From Actinomycetes bacterium (GTDB lineage Bacteria; Actinomycetota; Actinomycetes; S36-B12; UBA5976): DNA of 64,000 bases. Position 1 is the first letter of the stretch. Each line of letters starts with the position of its first letter. Positions 31,717 to 41,765 of this stretch are shown here, in pieces. The DNA lies in NCBI GenBank assembly GCA_037137575.1, contig JBAXKB010000002.1:1833-65832 (forward strand). The letters run 5' to 3'. The notes under the pieces were generated by a model. The model made no database searches, had not been told where the DNA came from, and worked only from the letters and a program-made list of their open reading frames with translations. Made by a program: the position numbers and the translations under genes.

Positions 31717-32331
31717 CTACTGCGCGCTTTGCTGCGCAAACGAAAGTTTGTCGTCAACACCAACTGCTTGTAGCTGGGTTGGATCCCAAGTTCCATAACG
31801 CGGAGCTACTTCAATTTCTAAAGTGCTAGCAAACTGCAACAAGAACTGGCCAGTTGCATTGCTGCGCTCCTGGTCAGTGCCATTGGGCAGAGCTGCGGAG
31901 CCGATATATCCTTGGGCCAAAACAGTTCGGAAAAATGCATCAATCTGGCTAAGTGGGACTCCCTGCCCGGATGCAAGCTGCTGCTCTACAACATCTTGGC
32001 CGTATTGCTGGTAGACCGAGTACCGAAGTTTTTGCACTTCGGAATCAGTGACTTTCTGTCCCAGCTTTGCAAGTGCGCGATCGACAATTTCAGAAATTAG
32101 TAGACGGTTAACAATTTTTTGGCCGATAGTTCCGGCATCCGGTGCTTGCGCCGCACTCGGAGTCAATTGAATCTGCGCCATTGTTTCGGTTAGCTGCGAA
32201 GTTACCTCGGACTGCTTAATTAATGTGTCGCTAACGCGGGCGGCAGAACCAGCGTGTACGGGCTTGGATGAACAACCAGCGACTAGTAGCAAGACCGCGA
32301 TACCTGCGCCTAATTTTCCAAGTTTTGTCAC
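31717..32331 (-). CDS. Putative lipoprotein, SurA-N-terminal-like chaperone domain suspected
   Basis: 204 aa with a signal peptide and lipobox LLVAGC. The body is helical and Gln-rich. The family call is weak. Confidence 0.45.
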   Translation of the reverse strand: MTKLGKLGAGIAVLLLVAGCSSKPVHAGSAARVSDTLIKQSEVTSQLTETMAQIQLTPSAAQAPDAGTIGQKIVNRLLISEIVDRALAKLGQKVTDSEVQKLRYSVYQQYGQDVVEQQLASGQGVPLSQIDAFFRTVLAQGYIGSAALPNGTDQERSNATGQFLLQFASTLEIEVAPRYGTWDPTQLQAVGVDDKLSFAQQSAQ

Positions 32332-32347
32332 AACTAACCATCCCTCT

Positions 32348-35300
32348 TTACGAAGCTACTATCAAAGTGTTTACAGCCTGTGCTACCCAACTAACAAGGT
32401 CAAATTCTTCAACGTCCATTGTTGAAACACCCAACTTTTGCTGTTGTGGCAGCGGTAAGACAATCGTACGCGTTGCTGGTTGTATCCGACTGCCTGGGTA
32501 GAGCCGAGTTAGACGAAGTTGTTTGGATTCAGGCAATTCAACTGGTGAGATTTTCACAGTGGCTCCGGCAGTGATCACATCAGTTACGCCTACAGAGTGC
32601 AACAAAGCACGCAGACGTGCCACATCAAGCAAGCGCTGCACTTCTTTTGGCAGGGCTCCATAGCGATCTTTTAGTTCTTGCGAAATTTCGTTTACTGAGG
32701 CGTCGGATCGGGCATCAGCCAACCGCTGATACGCCTCAAGTCTCAAACGCTCTTGCGGTACATACTGATGAGGGATGTGTGCTTCTACCGGTAATTCAAC
32801 TCGGATTAAGGTTTCTGTTTCGGCAGTTACTCCATCACGAACTTCAGCTATTGCTTCGCCGACCAGGCGAACGTAAAGATCAAAACCAACTTCGGCGATG
32901 TGTCCACTTTGTTCGCCGCCTAAAAGATTTCCAGCACCGCGAATCTCTAAATCTTTCATGGCCACTGCCATGCCAGCACCTAAATCGGTATGCGATGCGA
33001 TAGTCGCCAATCTGTCGTGCGCTGTTTGCGAAAGTGGCCGCTCTGGCTGATATAGGAAATACGCATATCCACGTTCCCGGCTTCGACCAACACGACCACG
33101 AAGTTGATGTAATTGGGATAGGCCAAAAGTATCTGCTCGGTCAACTATCAACGTATTAGCATTTGGAATATCCAAACCGCTTTCAATGATTGTTGTACTA
33201 ACTAGAACGTCAAACTTATGTTCCCAGAAATCAACAATTATTCTTTCGAGTTCGTGTTCATTCATCTGACCATGTGCGATTGCAATTCGTGCATCGGGAA
33301 CAAGTTCAGCTAATTTACTAGCGACTCTATTAATGCTGGCAACTCGATTGTGGACAAAGTACACCTGACCATCTCGCAAAAGTTCGCGATGGATAGCGGC
33401 CGCTATGTATTTCTCATCGTATGGGCCAACTGAAGTCAAGACAGGCAAACGCTCTTCAGGCGGAGTTTGGATGGTCGACAATTCACGAATACCGGTTACA
33501 GCCATTTCTAAAGTTCTCGGAATTGGCGTTGCTGACATCGTCAACATATCAACATTGGTTCGAAGGGCTTTTAGATGCTCTTTATGTTCGACACCAAAGC
33601 GTTGTTCTTCATCGACGATGACTAGTCCCAGATCCTTAAAGCGCACATCAGCGCTGAATAACCGATGCGTTCCGATAACTACATCAACCGATCCGTCAGT
33701 TATCCCAGCAAGTGACTTCTTGATTTCTGATTCTGTTTGAAAACGCGACAGTGGCGCAATGGTTAACGGGAACTGCGCATAACGTCTGGAAAATGTTTCA
33801 AAATGTTGTTGAACCAATAGCGTTGTCGGTACCACAATCGCCACTTGCTTACCATCTTGCACTGCTTTAAATGCGGCTCGAACAGCAATCTCTGTTTTTC
33901 CATAACCCACATCGCCACAAATGACTCGGTCCATTGGAATCTCGCGCTCCATGTCAGCTTTTACATCATTAATGGTCGCTAACTGGTCGGGAGTCTCGAC
34001 AAAGTCGAAGGCATCTTCTAACTCGCGCTGCCAAGGGGTATCAGGACCAAAAGCAAATCCTCGACTTGCCATTCGAGCTGCGTACAGACGGATAAGTTCG
34101 CCAGCGATTTGTCGCACAGCTTTACGGGCTCGCGTTTTTGTAGCTGCCCAGTCTCCCCCGCCGAGTTTGTTCAAACTCGGGGCTTCGCCACCAATATATT
34201 TTGTTACGTGTTCGAGTTGATCCGTCGGCACAAAGAGTCGATCTGCTGGATGCCCGCGCTTACTTGATGCGTATTCCAAAACTAGATATTCGCGAACTGC
34301 GCCTTGCACTTCTCGTGAGATCAAGTCCACATATCTGCCAACTCCGTGCTGGTCATGAACGACGTAATCGCCAGCGGTAAGCGTTAGTGGATCAATCTGC
34401 GCTTTGCGCCGAGTTGGCATACTCCTATTCGCCCGACCTGTTTCGCGAGTACCAAAAATATCAAACTCGGTTAACACAGCCAAGTTGGCATCGCGCGCAA
34501 TCACACCATGCTGCTGGTGTCCTACGACTACTTGCACTACTCGTGAGTCAAAATCAAAGTTTGTTGAAACTCGGGCAGCAATATCCAATTCAGACAAAGT
34601 CTCAACAAGACGCGCAGCAGTGCCTGCGCCGTTCATCACAACAACAACATTGATTCGTTTGGACCAGAAAGAACGAATGTCACCAACAAGTTTGTTCATA
34701 TTGCCGTGATATTCAAACGGCGCAGCAAAATCTAGATCAATGTCATCAGGCGCCCGAAGACTGGAAAGTTCACACCAAGTAATTCGACTCGAACTGTTCT
34801 TAACCTCTGCATAATCGCGCAGTCCGGTGCCCGCCACAGATAGTGGTGAAACATTGCCTTGCGCCGCATTTTGCCAAGCGGCAGCCAAGAACTCGGCACT
34901 AGTGCTGATTATTTCATCTACTCGGGCTCTAATCCGCTCTGGCTGAACCTCGACGCCTACCCATTGACCTGCTAATAAATCTGTCACTAACTGCACGTCG
35001 TCTGTGAGTAATGGAATCAAACTCTCCATGCCCTCCACAGCGATTCCCTGCGAAATTTTTTCCAACATCTCTGAAATTTCAGGCATCTGTGATTTCAAAT
35101 TTTCAGCCCGAGCAACAACTGCGTCAGTAAAAAGCAACTCGCGGCAGGCGGTTGCAGACAAACTGGCAACTGTTCCTCCGATGGAACGTTGATCGGCGGC
35201 AGAGAACTCTCTGATGTCATCAACGGTGTCGCCCCAAAGCTCAAGGCGTAATGGGTGAGCGTCAGTTGGTACAAAAACATCAACGATGCCGCCACGCACC

Positions 35301-35830
35301 GCGAACTGGCCACGGCGATCAATTAGTTCTACCCGCTCAAAACCAAAATTGGCCAACTGAGTGCTTAGCTTGTCGATAGAAATTTCTTGACCAACTACTA
35401 CATTGATCGGTTCGAGTGTTGCCAACTCGCGCATCACAGGTGCAATGAGTGAGCGCACTGACATTACGAGCACTTTAAGCGCTGGATAGTCTGCGGGATT
35501 GGCTAAGCGATTCAACATAGCCACGCGCCGACCAACAATTTCACTACTTGGACTTAAGCGTTCGTGGGGCAAAGTTTCCCAAGCGGGGAAGAATGCAATC
35601 TGCGTTTGATCAACAAAATCGGAAAGGCTCTCAACTAGTTCTTGCGCACTTCGTTCACTTGGAGTTACGACTAAAAGTGGCTGCTGACCATTTAATAATG
35701 CTGCGATAGCAAATGCAGATGTTGTACTGGGCGCACTCAAACTAACATCATCAAGGGTTTCCAATGAAGACAAGATTGGTGCAAAAGTTGGCGCGTTACT
35801 AAAAAGGTGAGCTAAGGATTCGAAAGTCAT
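32348..35830 (-). CDS. mfd: Transcription-repair coupling factor
   Basis: 1160 aa with a UvrB-like N-terminal domain, an RNAP-interaction domain (GDYVVHDQHGVGRY), helicase motifs (CGDVGYGKTE, DEEQRFGV) and a TRG region. Confidence 0.97.
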   Translation of the reverse strand: MTFESLAHLFSNAPTFAPILSSLETLDDVSLSAPSTTSAFAIAALLNGQQPLLVVTPSERSAQELVESLSDFVDQTQIAFFPAWETLPHERLSPSSEIVGRRVAMLNRLANPADYPALKVLVMSVRSLIAPVMRELATLEPINVVVGQEISIDKLSTQLANFGFERVELIDRRGQFAVRGGIVDVFVPTDAHPLRLELWGDTVDDIREFSAADQRSIGGTVASLSATACRELLFTDAVVARAENLKSQMPEISEMLEKISQGIAVEGMESLIPLLTDDVQLVTDLLAGQWVGVEVQPERIRARVDEIISTSAEFLAAAWQNAAQGNVSPLSVAGTGLRDYAEVKNSSSRITWCELSSLRAPDDIDLDFAAPFEYHGNMNKLVGDIRSFWSKRINVVVVMNGAGTAARLVETLSELDIAARVSTNFDFDSRVVQVVVGHQQHGVIARDANLAVLTEFDIFGTRETGRANRSMPTRRKAQIDPLTLTAGDYVVHDQHGVGRYVDLISREVQGAVREYLVLEYASSKRGHPADRLFVPTDQLEHVTKYIGGEAPSLNKLGGGDWAATKTRARKAVRQIAGELIRLYAARMASRGFAFGPDTPWQRELEDAFDFVETPDQLATINDVKADMEREIPMDRVICGDVGYGKTEIAVRAAFKAVQDGKQVAIVVPTTLLVQQHFETFSRRYAQFPLTIAPLSRFQTESEIKKSLAGITDGSVDVVIGTHRLFSADVRFKDLGLVIVDEEQRFGVEHKEHLKALRTNVDMLTMSATPIPRTLEMAVTGIRELSTIQTPPEERLPVLTSVGPYDEKYIAAAIHRELLRDGQVYFVHNRVASINRVASKLAELVPDARIAIAHGQMNEHELERIIVDFWEHKFDVLVSTTIIESGLDIPNANTLIVDRADTFGLSQLHQLRGRVGRSRERGYAYFLYQPERPLSQTAHDRLATIASHTDLGAGMAVAMKDLEIRGAGNLLGGEQSGHIAEVGFDLYVRLVGEAIAEVRDGVTAETETLIRVELPVEAHIPHQYVPQERLRLEAYQRLADARSDASVNEISQELKDRYGALPKEVQRLLDVARLRALLHSVGVTDVITAGATVKISPVELPESKQLRLTRLYPGSRIQPATRTIVLPLPQQQKLGVSTMDVEEFDLVSWVAQAVNTLIVAS

Positions 35831-36678
35831 GACTTATCAGCTAGGACTCGCAAGATTGAATTTTTGTATTTTGCTCGGCAGATAATTGCGCCCGGGACTT
35901 CGACATTGTCCTGGTTGAAATCAAACTCAGAACCATCAGGCAAGACCGCGGCTAATCCATAATGATGTGCAACGGCTAAAGGCGCTGCTATGTCCCACTC
36001 ATTGAATCCCCAAGTGTTCACGTAGATGTCTGCATGCCCACGGATAATGTGCGCCATTTTGGCGCCAACCGATCCGTGACGCTCAATAGTTACATCCCGA
36101 TCAAAGTCACTGCGCAAAGAGTCACAAATTGCATCTAGTTGTATCGGTGGATTAGACGGCGAGGTCACAATACGAATGTCATCTCTTGCAGAAAGCGTCC
36201 AACCTACTGCTTGCAAATGCATGTTCCCGTGAACGCCCGAATCAAATTCTGCGACGAATTGAACCGGATCAGCCGTTGAGAGTGTGGTTTTTGTCACCGG
36301 AACGCTAACTGCTGCTGCTGTTATTTTCCCTGGGGTTGTTGCTTGTGCTTCCCACAGCGCAACATGTACGGCAAAGCCCGGGTAACCTCGCGAAAAACTT
36401 GCAGTCCCATCCAGCGGATCAATAATCCAAACTCGCTGTGCACTGTGGCGAGATTTAGGATCAAGACTTTCCTCGCTCAAAATAACATCATCAGGCCTAT
36501 GAAGCTCTAACTGGCTAATCAGGAATTCGTTGGCAGTGCGATCTCCCAAATCTCCAATCGCCTTGATTTCATCCGCATCTGGGTTTTCTGCGTCAAGCGG
36601 CTCATAGTCTGCCAAAACTTTTAGCAAAATTTCCCCAGCCTGCGTCGCAAGTTTTTTTGCTAGAGCGTGATCATTCAT
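35827..36678 (-). CDS. Inositol monophosphatase family protein (CysQ-like 3'(2'),5'-bisphosphate nucleotidase)
   Basis: 283 aa with the motifs ILSEES and WIIDPLDGTASF. It has 4-nt overlaps with both neighbouring genes. Confidence 0.7.
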   Translation of the reverse strand: MNDHALAKKLATQAGEILLKVLADYEPLDAENPDADEIKAIGDLGDRTANEFLISQLELHRPDDVILSEESLDPKSRHSAQRVWIIDPLDGTASFSRGYPGFAVHVALWEAQATTPGKITAAAVSVPVTKTTLSTADPVQFVAEFDSGVHGNMHLQAVGWTLSARDDIRIVTSPSNPPIQLDAICDSLRSDFDRDVTIERHGSVGAKMAHIIRGHADIYVNTWGFNEWDIAAPLAVAHHYGLAAVLPDGSEFDFNQDNVEVPGAIICRAKYKNSILRVLADKS

Positions 36679-37247
36679 GAATTGAAACGATTCTGTGTTT
36701 CTTCCAGCGAAGAAGTCACTAAATGTTCTATCACGTCAGCACCTCGATTAATTAGGTCGGTGACTTCCGTTTGCTCAGCGGATCCAAAATTCTTCAAAAC
36801 AAAATCAGCAGGATCTTGTTGGCCAGGAGGGCGACCAATTCCCAATCGAATTCGGTACCAATCGCCTGTGCCCAAAGATTTGCGAATCGACTTCAACCCA
36901 TTGTGCCCATTATCGCCGCCACCGAACTTGACCCGAATTACGGCTAAGTCGATATCTAGTTCATCGTGTAACACAATAATGTTTTGCGGATCAACTTTAT
37001 AAAAGTTGGCTAAGGCTTTCGTTGGACCACCTGATTCATTCATAAATGAAGTCGGCGTCGAAATAACTACGTGCTTTCCACCTAGTCGAATCTCGGCAAC
37101 CAGTGCCGGAGCTCGCTTGTGTTTACTAAGAGTTGCGCTTGCGTTTTTGGCCAACGCTTCAATAACCCGAGCACCAATGTTATGCCGAGTGAACGCGTAA
37201 GTGGGACCCGGATTTCCGAGTCCCACTACAAGCCATGTGTCTGTCAC
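36675..37247 (-). CDS. pth: Peptidyl-tRNA hydrolase
   Basis: 190 aa with VVGLGNPGPTYAFTRHNIG and GGGDNGHNGLKS, the canonical Pth motifs. Confidence 0.96.
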   Translation of the reverse strand: MTDTWLVVGLGNPGPTYAFTRHNIGARVIEALAKNASATLSKHKRAPALVAEIRLGGKHVVISTPTSFMNESGGPTKALANFYKVDPQNIIVLHDELDIDLAVIRVKFGGGDNGHNGLKSIRKSLGTGDWYRIRLGIGRPPGQQDPADFVLKNFGSAEQTEVTDLINRGADVIEHLVTSSLEETQNRFNS

Positions 37248-37250
37248 AGA

Positions 37251-37712
37251 TTATTGCGCTGACTCGTTAGCACCCTCTGTAGCTGCTGAATTATCTTCAC
37301 CAGTTGTGCCAGCTTCTTCCTGACGCGCTGCGCGAGTAGCTGCCTTTGCAGCGGCCGACTCAGCCGCGGCTGATGCTGATGCCTCGGCAGCAGCTGATGC
37401 CGCAGTTGCTTCGCGCTCAATCGTTGCTGCTTCAGCAGCAGTAACTACAACTAGGTCAACATGCTCAACGTAACGACGAACTGGTTCAATCTGGATGTCC
37501 CGTGGGGTGACAATTTGAGTTTTGCCATCTACCAAGATTTCGATTGAAGATGCACGCTTGCGTAGAGTCAAAATTAGTTCGTGTGAATCAAGACTCACGT
37601 GCACTGGCGCTTGCCCATGCCCATAAATAACAGCCGGTGTCTGACCTTCACGGCGAAGACGACGTGCTGCGCCTTTTCCAAAATCTGTGCGTACGTTTGT
37701 TGTTAATGCCAT
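37251..37712 (-). CDS. rplY: 50S ribosomal protein L25/general stress protein Ctc
   Basis: MALTTNVRTDFGKGAARRLRREGQTPAVIYGHG from the ATG at 37712, with an Ala-rich acidic tail. The ORF-track start at 37811 adds 33 unlikely residues. Confidence 0.9.
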   Translation of the reverse strand: MALTTNVRTDFGKGAARRLRREGQTPAVIYGHGQAPVHVSLDSHELILTLRKRASSIEILVDGKTQIVTPRDIQIEPVRRYVEHVDLVVVTAAEAATIEREATAASAAAEASASAAAESAAAKAATRAARQEEAGTTGEDNSAATEGANESAQ

Positions 37713-37854
37713 TTGATACTCCTCATGTCGGTTCGCGGAAATGCTCCGCAGGAGACCTTCGTCGATAACGGCTTTCGCATGAAGCAAAGCCCTCGCCGAG
37801 GAGCAACTCAAGGCTAAAGCGTAAGACAGGGCGAGGTCAAACTAGCCAGATGGT

Positions 37855-38835
37855 TTAGACGCCTACGTGGTCGAAAAGTCCAGCAACAGAGCCTTCGTCA
37901 AAGACTTCGCGGATTGCCCGGGCTAGTAGCGGCGCGATTGGCAAGACAGTTAATCCGGGGAAACGTTTCTCATCTGCAATTGGCAAAGTGTCGGTTACAA
38001 CGACTTCTTTGATACGTGAGTTCTGCAAACGTTCAATTGCAGGTGAAGACAAGATGGCGTGGGTAGCCGTCACAATCACATCTTCCGCACCGTTTTCAAA
38101 CAATGCTTCAGAAGCTTTTACAATAGTTCCACCGGTATCGATCATGTCATCAACAACGATGCAGATACGGCCCTTAACGTCACCAACAACTTCTAGCACC
38201 TTGGCTTCATTGGGCACATCTGGATCGCGACGTTTGTGAATGATTGCCAATGGAGAATCCAGAATGTCGGTCCAGCGCTCAGCTACTCGAACTCGACCGG
38301 CATCTGGCGAAATAACTGTGATCTTGCTGCGATCGACGGTGCGACCAATATGAGCCGCCAAAATCGGCAACGCAAACAAGTGATCTACTGGACCATCAAA
38401 GAAACCTTGAATCTGAGCTGTGTGCAAATCCACGCTCATTAGTCGATCTGCCCCAGCTGCCGTGAAAAGATCAGCCATTAGGCGGGCAGAGATCGGTTCG
38501 CGTCCAGCATGCTTTTTATCTTGACGCGCGTAACCGTAGAACGGAGCAACTACTGTGATGCGCTTTGCTGAAGCACGCTTAAGTGCGTCGACCATGAGCA
38601 ACTGCTCCATGATCCATTCGTTAACGGGTGCGGTGTGAGTTTGCAAAACGAATGCATCGCAGCCACGAATTGATTCATCAAATCGAACGAAGATTTCTCC
38701 ATTGGCAAAATTGTAAGCACGCGTTGGCACTAGATCTATGCCCAGTTCTGCAGAAACTGCCTGAGCTAATTCTGGGTGAGAGCGACCGGCAAGAAGTACC
38801 ATTCGCTTGGCATTGCTATTGGTGATACCGGCCAT
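37855..38835 (-). CDS. prs: Ribose-phosphate pyrophosphokinase
   Basis: 326 aa with the motifs YARQDKK, VDLHTAQIQGFF and DDMIDTGGT. Confidence 0.96.
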   Translation of the reverse strand: MAGITNSNAKRMVLLAGRSHPELAQAVSAELGIDLVPTRAYNFANGEIFVRFDESIRGCDAFVLQTHTAPVNEWIMEQLLMVDALKRASAKRITVVAPFYGYARQDKKHAGREPISARLMADLFTAAGADRLMSVDLHTAQIQGFFDGPVDHLFALPILAAHIGRTVDRSKITVISPDAGRVRVAERWTDILDSPLAIIHKRRDPDVPNEAKVLEVVGDVKGRICIVVDDMIDTGGTIVKASEALFENGAEDVIVTATHAILSSPAIERLQNSRIKEVVVTDTLPIADEKRFPGLTVLPIAPLLARAIREVFDEGSVAGLFDHVGV

Positions 38836-38868
38836 ACTTTTTGCCCTCCACTTAAGTGCTTGTTGTAC

Positions 38869-40293
38869 TCAGTCTGCCACTGCCGCTTTGGCAGAGTCAC
38901 TACCGGGTCGGCGCCTTAGCACCCAGTCCAAAATATTGCGCTGACGCGCACGGCCAACACCCATGGCCCCGGCTGGAACATCTTCAGTAATTACCGAACC
39001 TGCGGCGGTATAGGCGCCATCACCGATGGTTACTGGGGCAACAAGCATGGTGTCGCTACCAATGCGCACATGCTTGCCCACAACTATTTGATGTTTAGTA
39101 GTTCCGTCGTAATTTACAAATATTGTGGCTGCGCCAATATTGCTGCCTTCACCAATTACCGCATCTCCAACATAAGACAAATGTGGGACTTTAGCCCCAG
39201 CCCCTAGCTGTGCGTTCTTCATTTCAACGAACCCACCCGCTTTAGCACCAGCACCCAGAACTGTGCCGGGACGCAAGTAGGCGTACGGTCCAACCGAAGC
39301 TTCTTGCCCGATAATTGCACCATTTGATGTTGACTTAATTACAGTGGCATTTTCTAAGACGCGAGTATTTTCCAAAGAACAATCAGGGCCAATCACTGCG
39401 CCTGACTGCACTGATGTCTCTCCAGTTAGTCTTACGTTTGGCAACAAAGTGACATCTTGATCAAGGCAAACCATTGATTCAATCCAAGTTGATTCAGGGT
39501 CTTGAATCGTGACTCCCGCTAACATCCACTTGTCTAAAATTCGATGACGCAAAATTTTGCCAGCTTGCGCCAATTGCTTTCGGTCGTTTACCCCAAGAAT
39601 ATTTTCATCTGATGTCACATGCGCATGGATTACATGTCCATCGCGACGTAAGATTTCGATCACGTCAGTTAGATACATTTCGCCTTGCGAATTGTCAGTA
39701 CCAAGTCGCGAGAGCGCACTGCGCAATAATGCTAAATCGAAGCAATACACGCCGGAGTTAACTTCGGTAATTGTAAGTTCAACTTCAGATGCATCACGGT
39801 GTTCAACTATTTTTTCTACATCACCATTAGCGCCACGTACGATGCGGCCATAGCCCGATGCGTTCTCGAGATGCGCAGTCAGTACTGCTGCGGCTGCCCC
39901 GGCACTTGAACTAACTAATTCGGCGATGTCACCAGCAGTTAAGAGCGGGGTGTCTCCAGCAAGAATCAGAACCGAACCGGTGGTTGTCGCCGGTAAATTT
40001 TCAAGTGCCACGAAAACTGCGTGGCCAGTTCCATTTTGCTGTTCTTGAACCACTACTTCAGCCTGCGAATACTTGGCAGCAATGTGCGCCTCAACTTGTT
40101 CGCGCTGGTGGCCAACGACGATAAGAGTTGTCTCGGGATTAGCTGGCGCTGCCGCACTCAAAACGTGATCAATCAGTGGCAAACCTAAGACGGTGTGCAG
40201 GACTTTAGGAGTTGCTGAGCGCATTCTGCTGCCCTGGCCAGCGGCTAGCACTACTAGCGCAGCGAGGTCATTTGTGGCTTTATCCTTGGACAC
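38869..40293 (-). CDS. glmU: Bifunctional UDP-N-acetylglucosamine diphosphorylase / glucosamine-1-phosphate N-acetyltransferase
   Basis: LAAGQGSRMRS, and left-handed beta-helix hexapeptide repeats in the C-terminal half. The start is uncertain: I prefer the GTG at 40293, because the ORF-track TTG at 40314 would lie 1 nt from the tRNA-Gln 3' end. Confidence 0.93.
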   Translation of the reverse strand: MSKDKATNDLAALVVLAAGQGSRMRSATPKVLHTVLGLPLIDHVLSAAAPANPETTLIVVGHQREQVEAHIAAKYSQAEVVVQEQQNGTGHAVFVALENLPATTTGSVLILAGDTPLLTAGDIAELVSSSAGAAAAVLTAHLENASGYGRIVRGANGDVEKIVEHRDASEVELTITEVNSGVYCFDLALLRSALSRLGTDNSQGEMYLTDVIEILRRDGHVIHAHVTSDENILGVNDRKQLAQAGKILRHRILDKWMLAGVTIQDPESTWIESMVCLDQDVTLLPNVRLTGETSVQSGAVIGPDCSLENTRVLENATVIKSTSNGAIIGQEASVGPYAYLRPGTVLGAGAKAGGFVEMKNAQLGAGAKVPHLSYVGDAVIGEGSNIGAATIFVNYDGTTKHQIVVGKHVRIGSDTMLVAPVTIGDGAYTAAGSVITEDVPAGAMGVGRARQRNILDWVLRRRPGSDSAKAAVAD

Positions 40294-40315
40294 AAACACA
40301 ACCCTACTTAACAAT

Positions 40316-40389
40316 TGGCTCCCGGTAGAGGACTCGAACCTCTATTCAGTGCTCCAAAGGCACTTGTCCTGCCGTTAGACGAACCGGGA
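40316..40389 (-). tRNA. tRNA-Gln (anticodon UUG), CCA encoded
   Basis: Reverse complement TCCCGGTTCGTCTAACGGCAGGACAAGTGCCTTTGGAGCACTGAATAGAGGTTCGAGTCCTCTACCGGGAGCCA. It has U1:A72, G73 and anticodon loop CUUUGGA. Confidence 0.95.
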
Positions 40390-40529
40390 AAGTCCTTTGA
40401 AATCTTAGACTCTACGCCTACTTTTCCCAAACTGCGGTTCAGATTTGGCAGTATGACTAACAGATCTGTTTCGTACGCTAGCCTTAAGAAAACGACTTCC
40501 AAGCAGGAAAAGCAGGGTTTAGCGAACAA

Positions 40530-41204
40530 ATGGCAGTAACAATCGATCACGAAGATGACGGATTAGAAGCCGCACGTCCTCGCTTAGTTGATACTGACCG
40601 AGTTCGCATGACTGGCCACGAGCGTCGCGCCCAATTAATTGAAGTTGGCCGGGCACTTTTTGCCGAAAAAGGTTTTGAAGCCGTAACCATCGAGGAAATA
40701 GCCCTCACAGCTAAAGTTTCTAAACCAGTGGTTTATGAACACTTCGGTTCAAAAGATGGACTGTACGCGGTTGTTGTTGACCGCGAAATGAATTATCTAC
40801 TTAACTCCATCACACAAGCCTTGACCGCTGAACATCCGCGCGTATTACTTGAACAGGCATCGTTAGCCCTTTTTGATTACATCGAGACGCACACCGATGG
40901 CTTTCGGATTTTGGTGCGCAACTCACCCGTAGCAACAGCCACTGGCAATTTTGCAAGTCTGTTATCGGACGTGGCATCACAGGTTGAGGCCCGATTGGCT
41001 AAAGAGTTCGCTCATCGCGGTTTTCCAAAAAAAATGGCACCCATGTACGCACACATGTTCGTAGGCATGGTCGCACTTACTGGGCAGTGGTGGCTTGACG
41101 TTGGCGGCGCCAAGAAAGACGAAGTTATCGCTCACCTAGTGAACTTGGTCTGGAACGGCGCTGTCGGGCTGCAGCGCGAACCAAGATTAATTTCTCGTCA
41201 CTAA
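40530..41204 (+). CDS. TetR/AcrR-family transcriptional regulator
   Basis: 224 aa with the N-terminal HTH RRAQLIEVGRALFAEKGFEAVTIEEIALTAKVSKPVVYEHFGSKDGLY. Confidence 0.85.
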   Translation: MAVTIDHEDDGLEAARPRLVDTDRVRMTGHERRAQLIEVGRALFAEKGFEAVTIEEIALTAKVSKPVVYEHFGSKDGLYAVVVDREMNYLLNSITQALTAEHPRVLLEQASLALFDYIETHTDGFRILVRNSPVATATGNFASLLSDVASQVEARLAKEFAHRGFPKKMAPMYAHMFVGMVALTGQWWLDVGGAKKDEVIAHLVNLVWNGAVGLQREPRLISRH

Positions 41205-41719
41205 TCTTCATCGTGATGGGCAACATGTTGATCCAGCGGCAGAACAACTTTTCGTAGCGCATTTGCTAACTCGGCAAATTCTTGCCCAGCAATGTTTTTA
41301 AGAAGTTCACGTTCGCGCAGCAGTAAATCCTCAAGCGCTAAGTCAACTTTGGCGCTACCCACAGAAGTTAAAGCAACCAAAACGCCCCGTCCATCTGTTG
41401 GATCCGGTTCGCGCTTCACAAAATCTTTCACCGCAAGCCGGTCGACTCGGTTAGTCATTGTTCCGCTTGTAACCAAGGTCGCATTGACTAACTGCGATGG
41501 CGTTAAGGCATAAGGCGCGCCCGCACGACGCAAAGCAGCCAACACATCAAACTCGCCCGGCTCCAGATCGTGAAGCGCAAAAGCTTCTCTTCGAGCAATA
41601 TCTAGGTGTCGAGCTAAGCGGGTAACCCGCGACAACACCTGCAACGGACGAACATCTAAATCTGGGCGCTCGCGTTGCCAAGCTGCTATCAGCTGGTCTA
41701 CTTCATCGGATGCTGTCAC
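41201..41719 (-). CDS. MarR-family transcriptional regulator
   Basis: 172 aa with the winged-helix region FDVLAALRRAGAPYALTPSQLVNATLVTSGTMTNRVDRLAVKDFVKREPDPTDGRGVLV. Confidence 0.85.
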   Translation of the reverse strand: MTASDEVDQLIAAWQRERPDLDVRPLQVLSRVTRLARHLDIARREAFALHDLEPGEFDVLAALRRAGAPYALTPSQLVNATLVTSGTMTNRVDRLAVKDFVKREPDPTDGRGVLVALTSVGSAKVDLALEDLLLRERELLKNIAGQEFAELANALRKVVLPLDQHVAHHDED

Positions 41720-41765
41720 ACTCCAAAGTCTAAATGGTTACCGATTTCTATAGCGACTAAAAAGA

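Noticed and set aside
40308-40550. ORFs 40315-40539 (+) and 40308-40550 (-) spanning the tRNA-Gln gene
   Set aside because: They read through a clear tRNA-Gln cloverleaf and the TetR upstream region. There is no independent support for coding.
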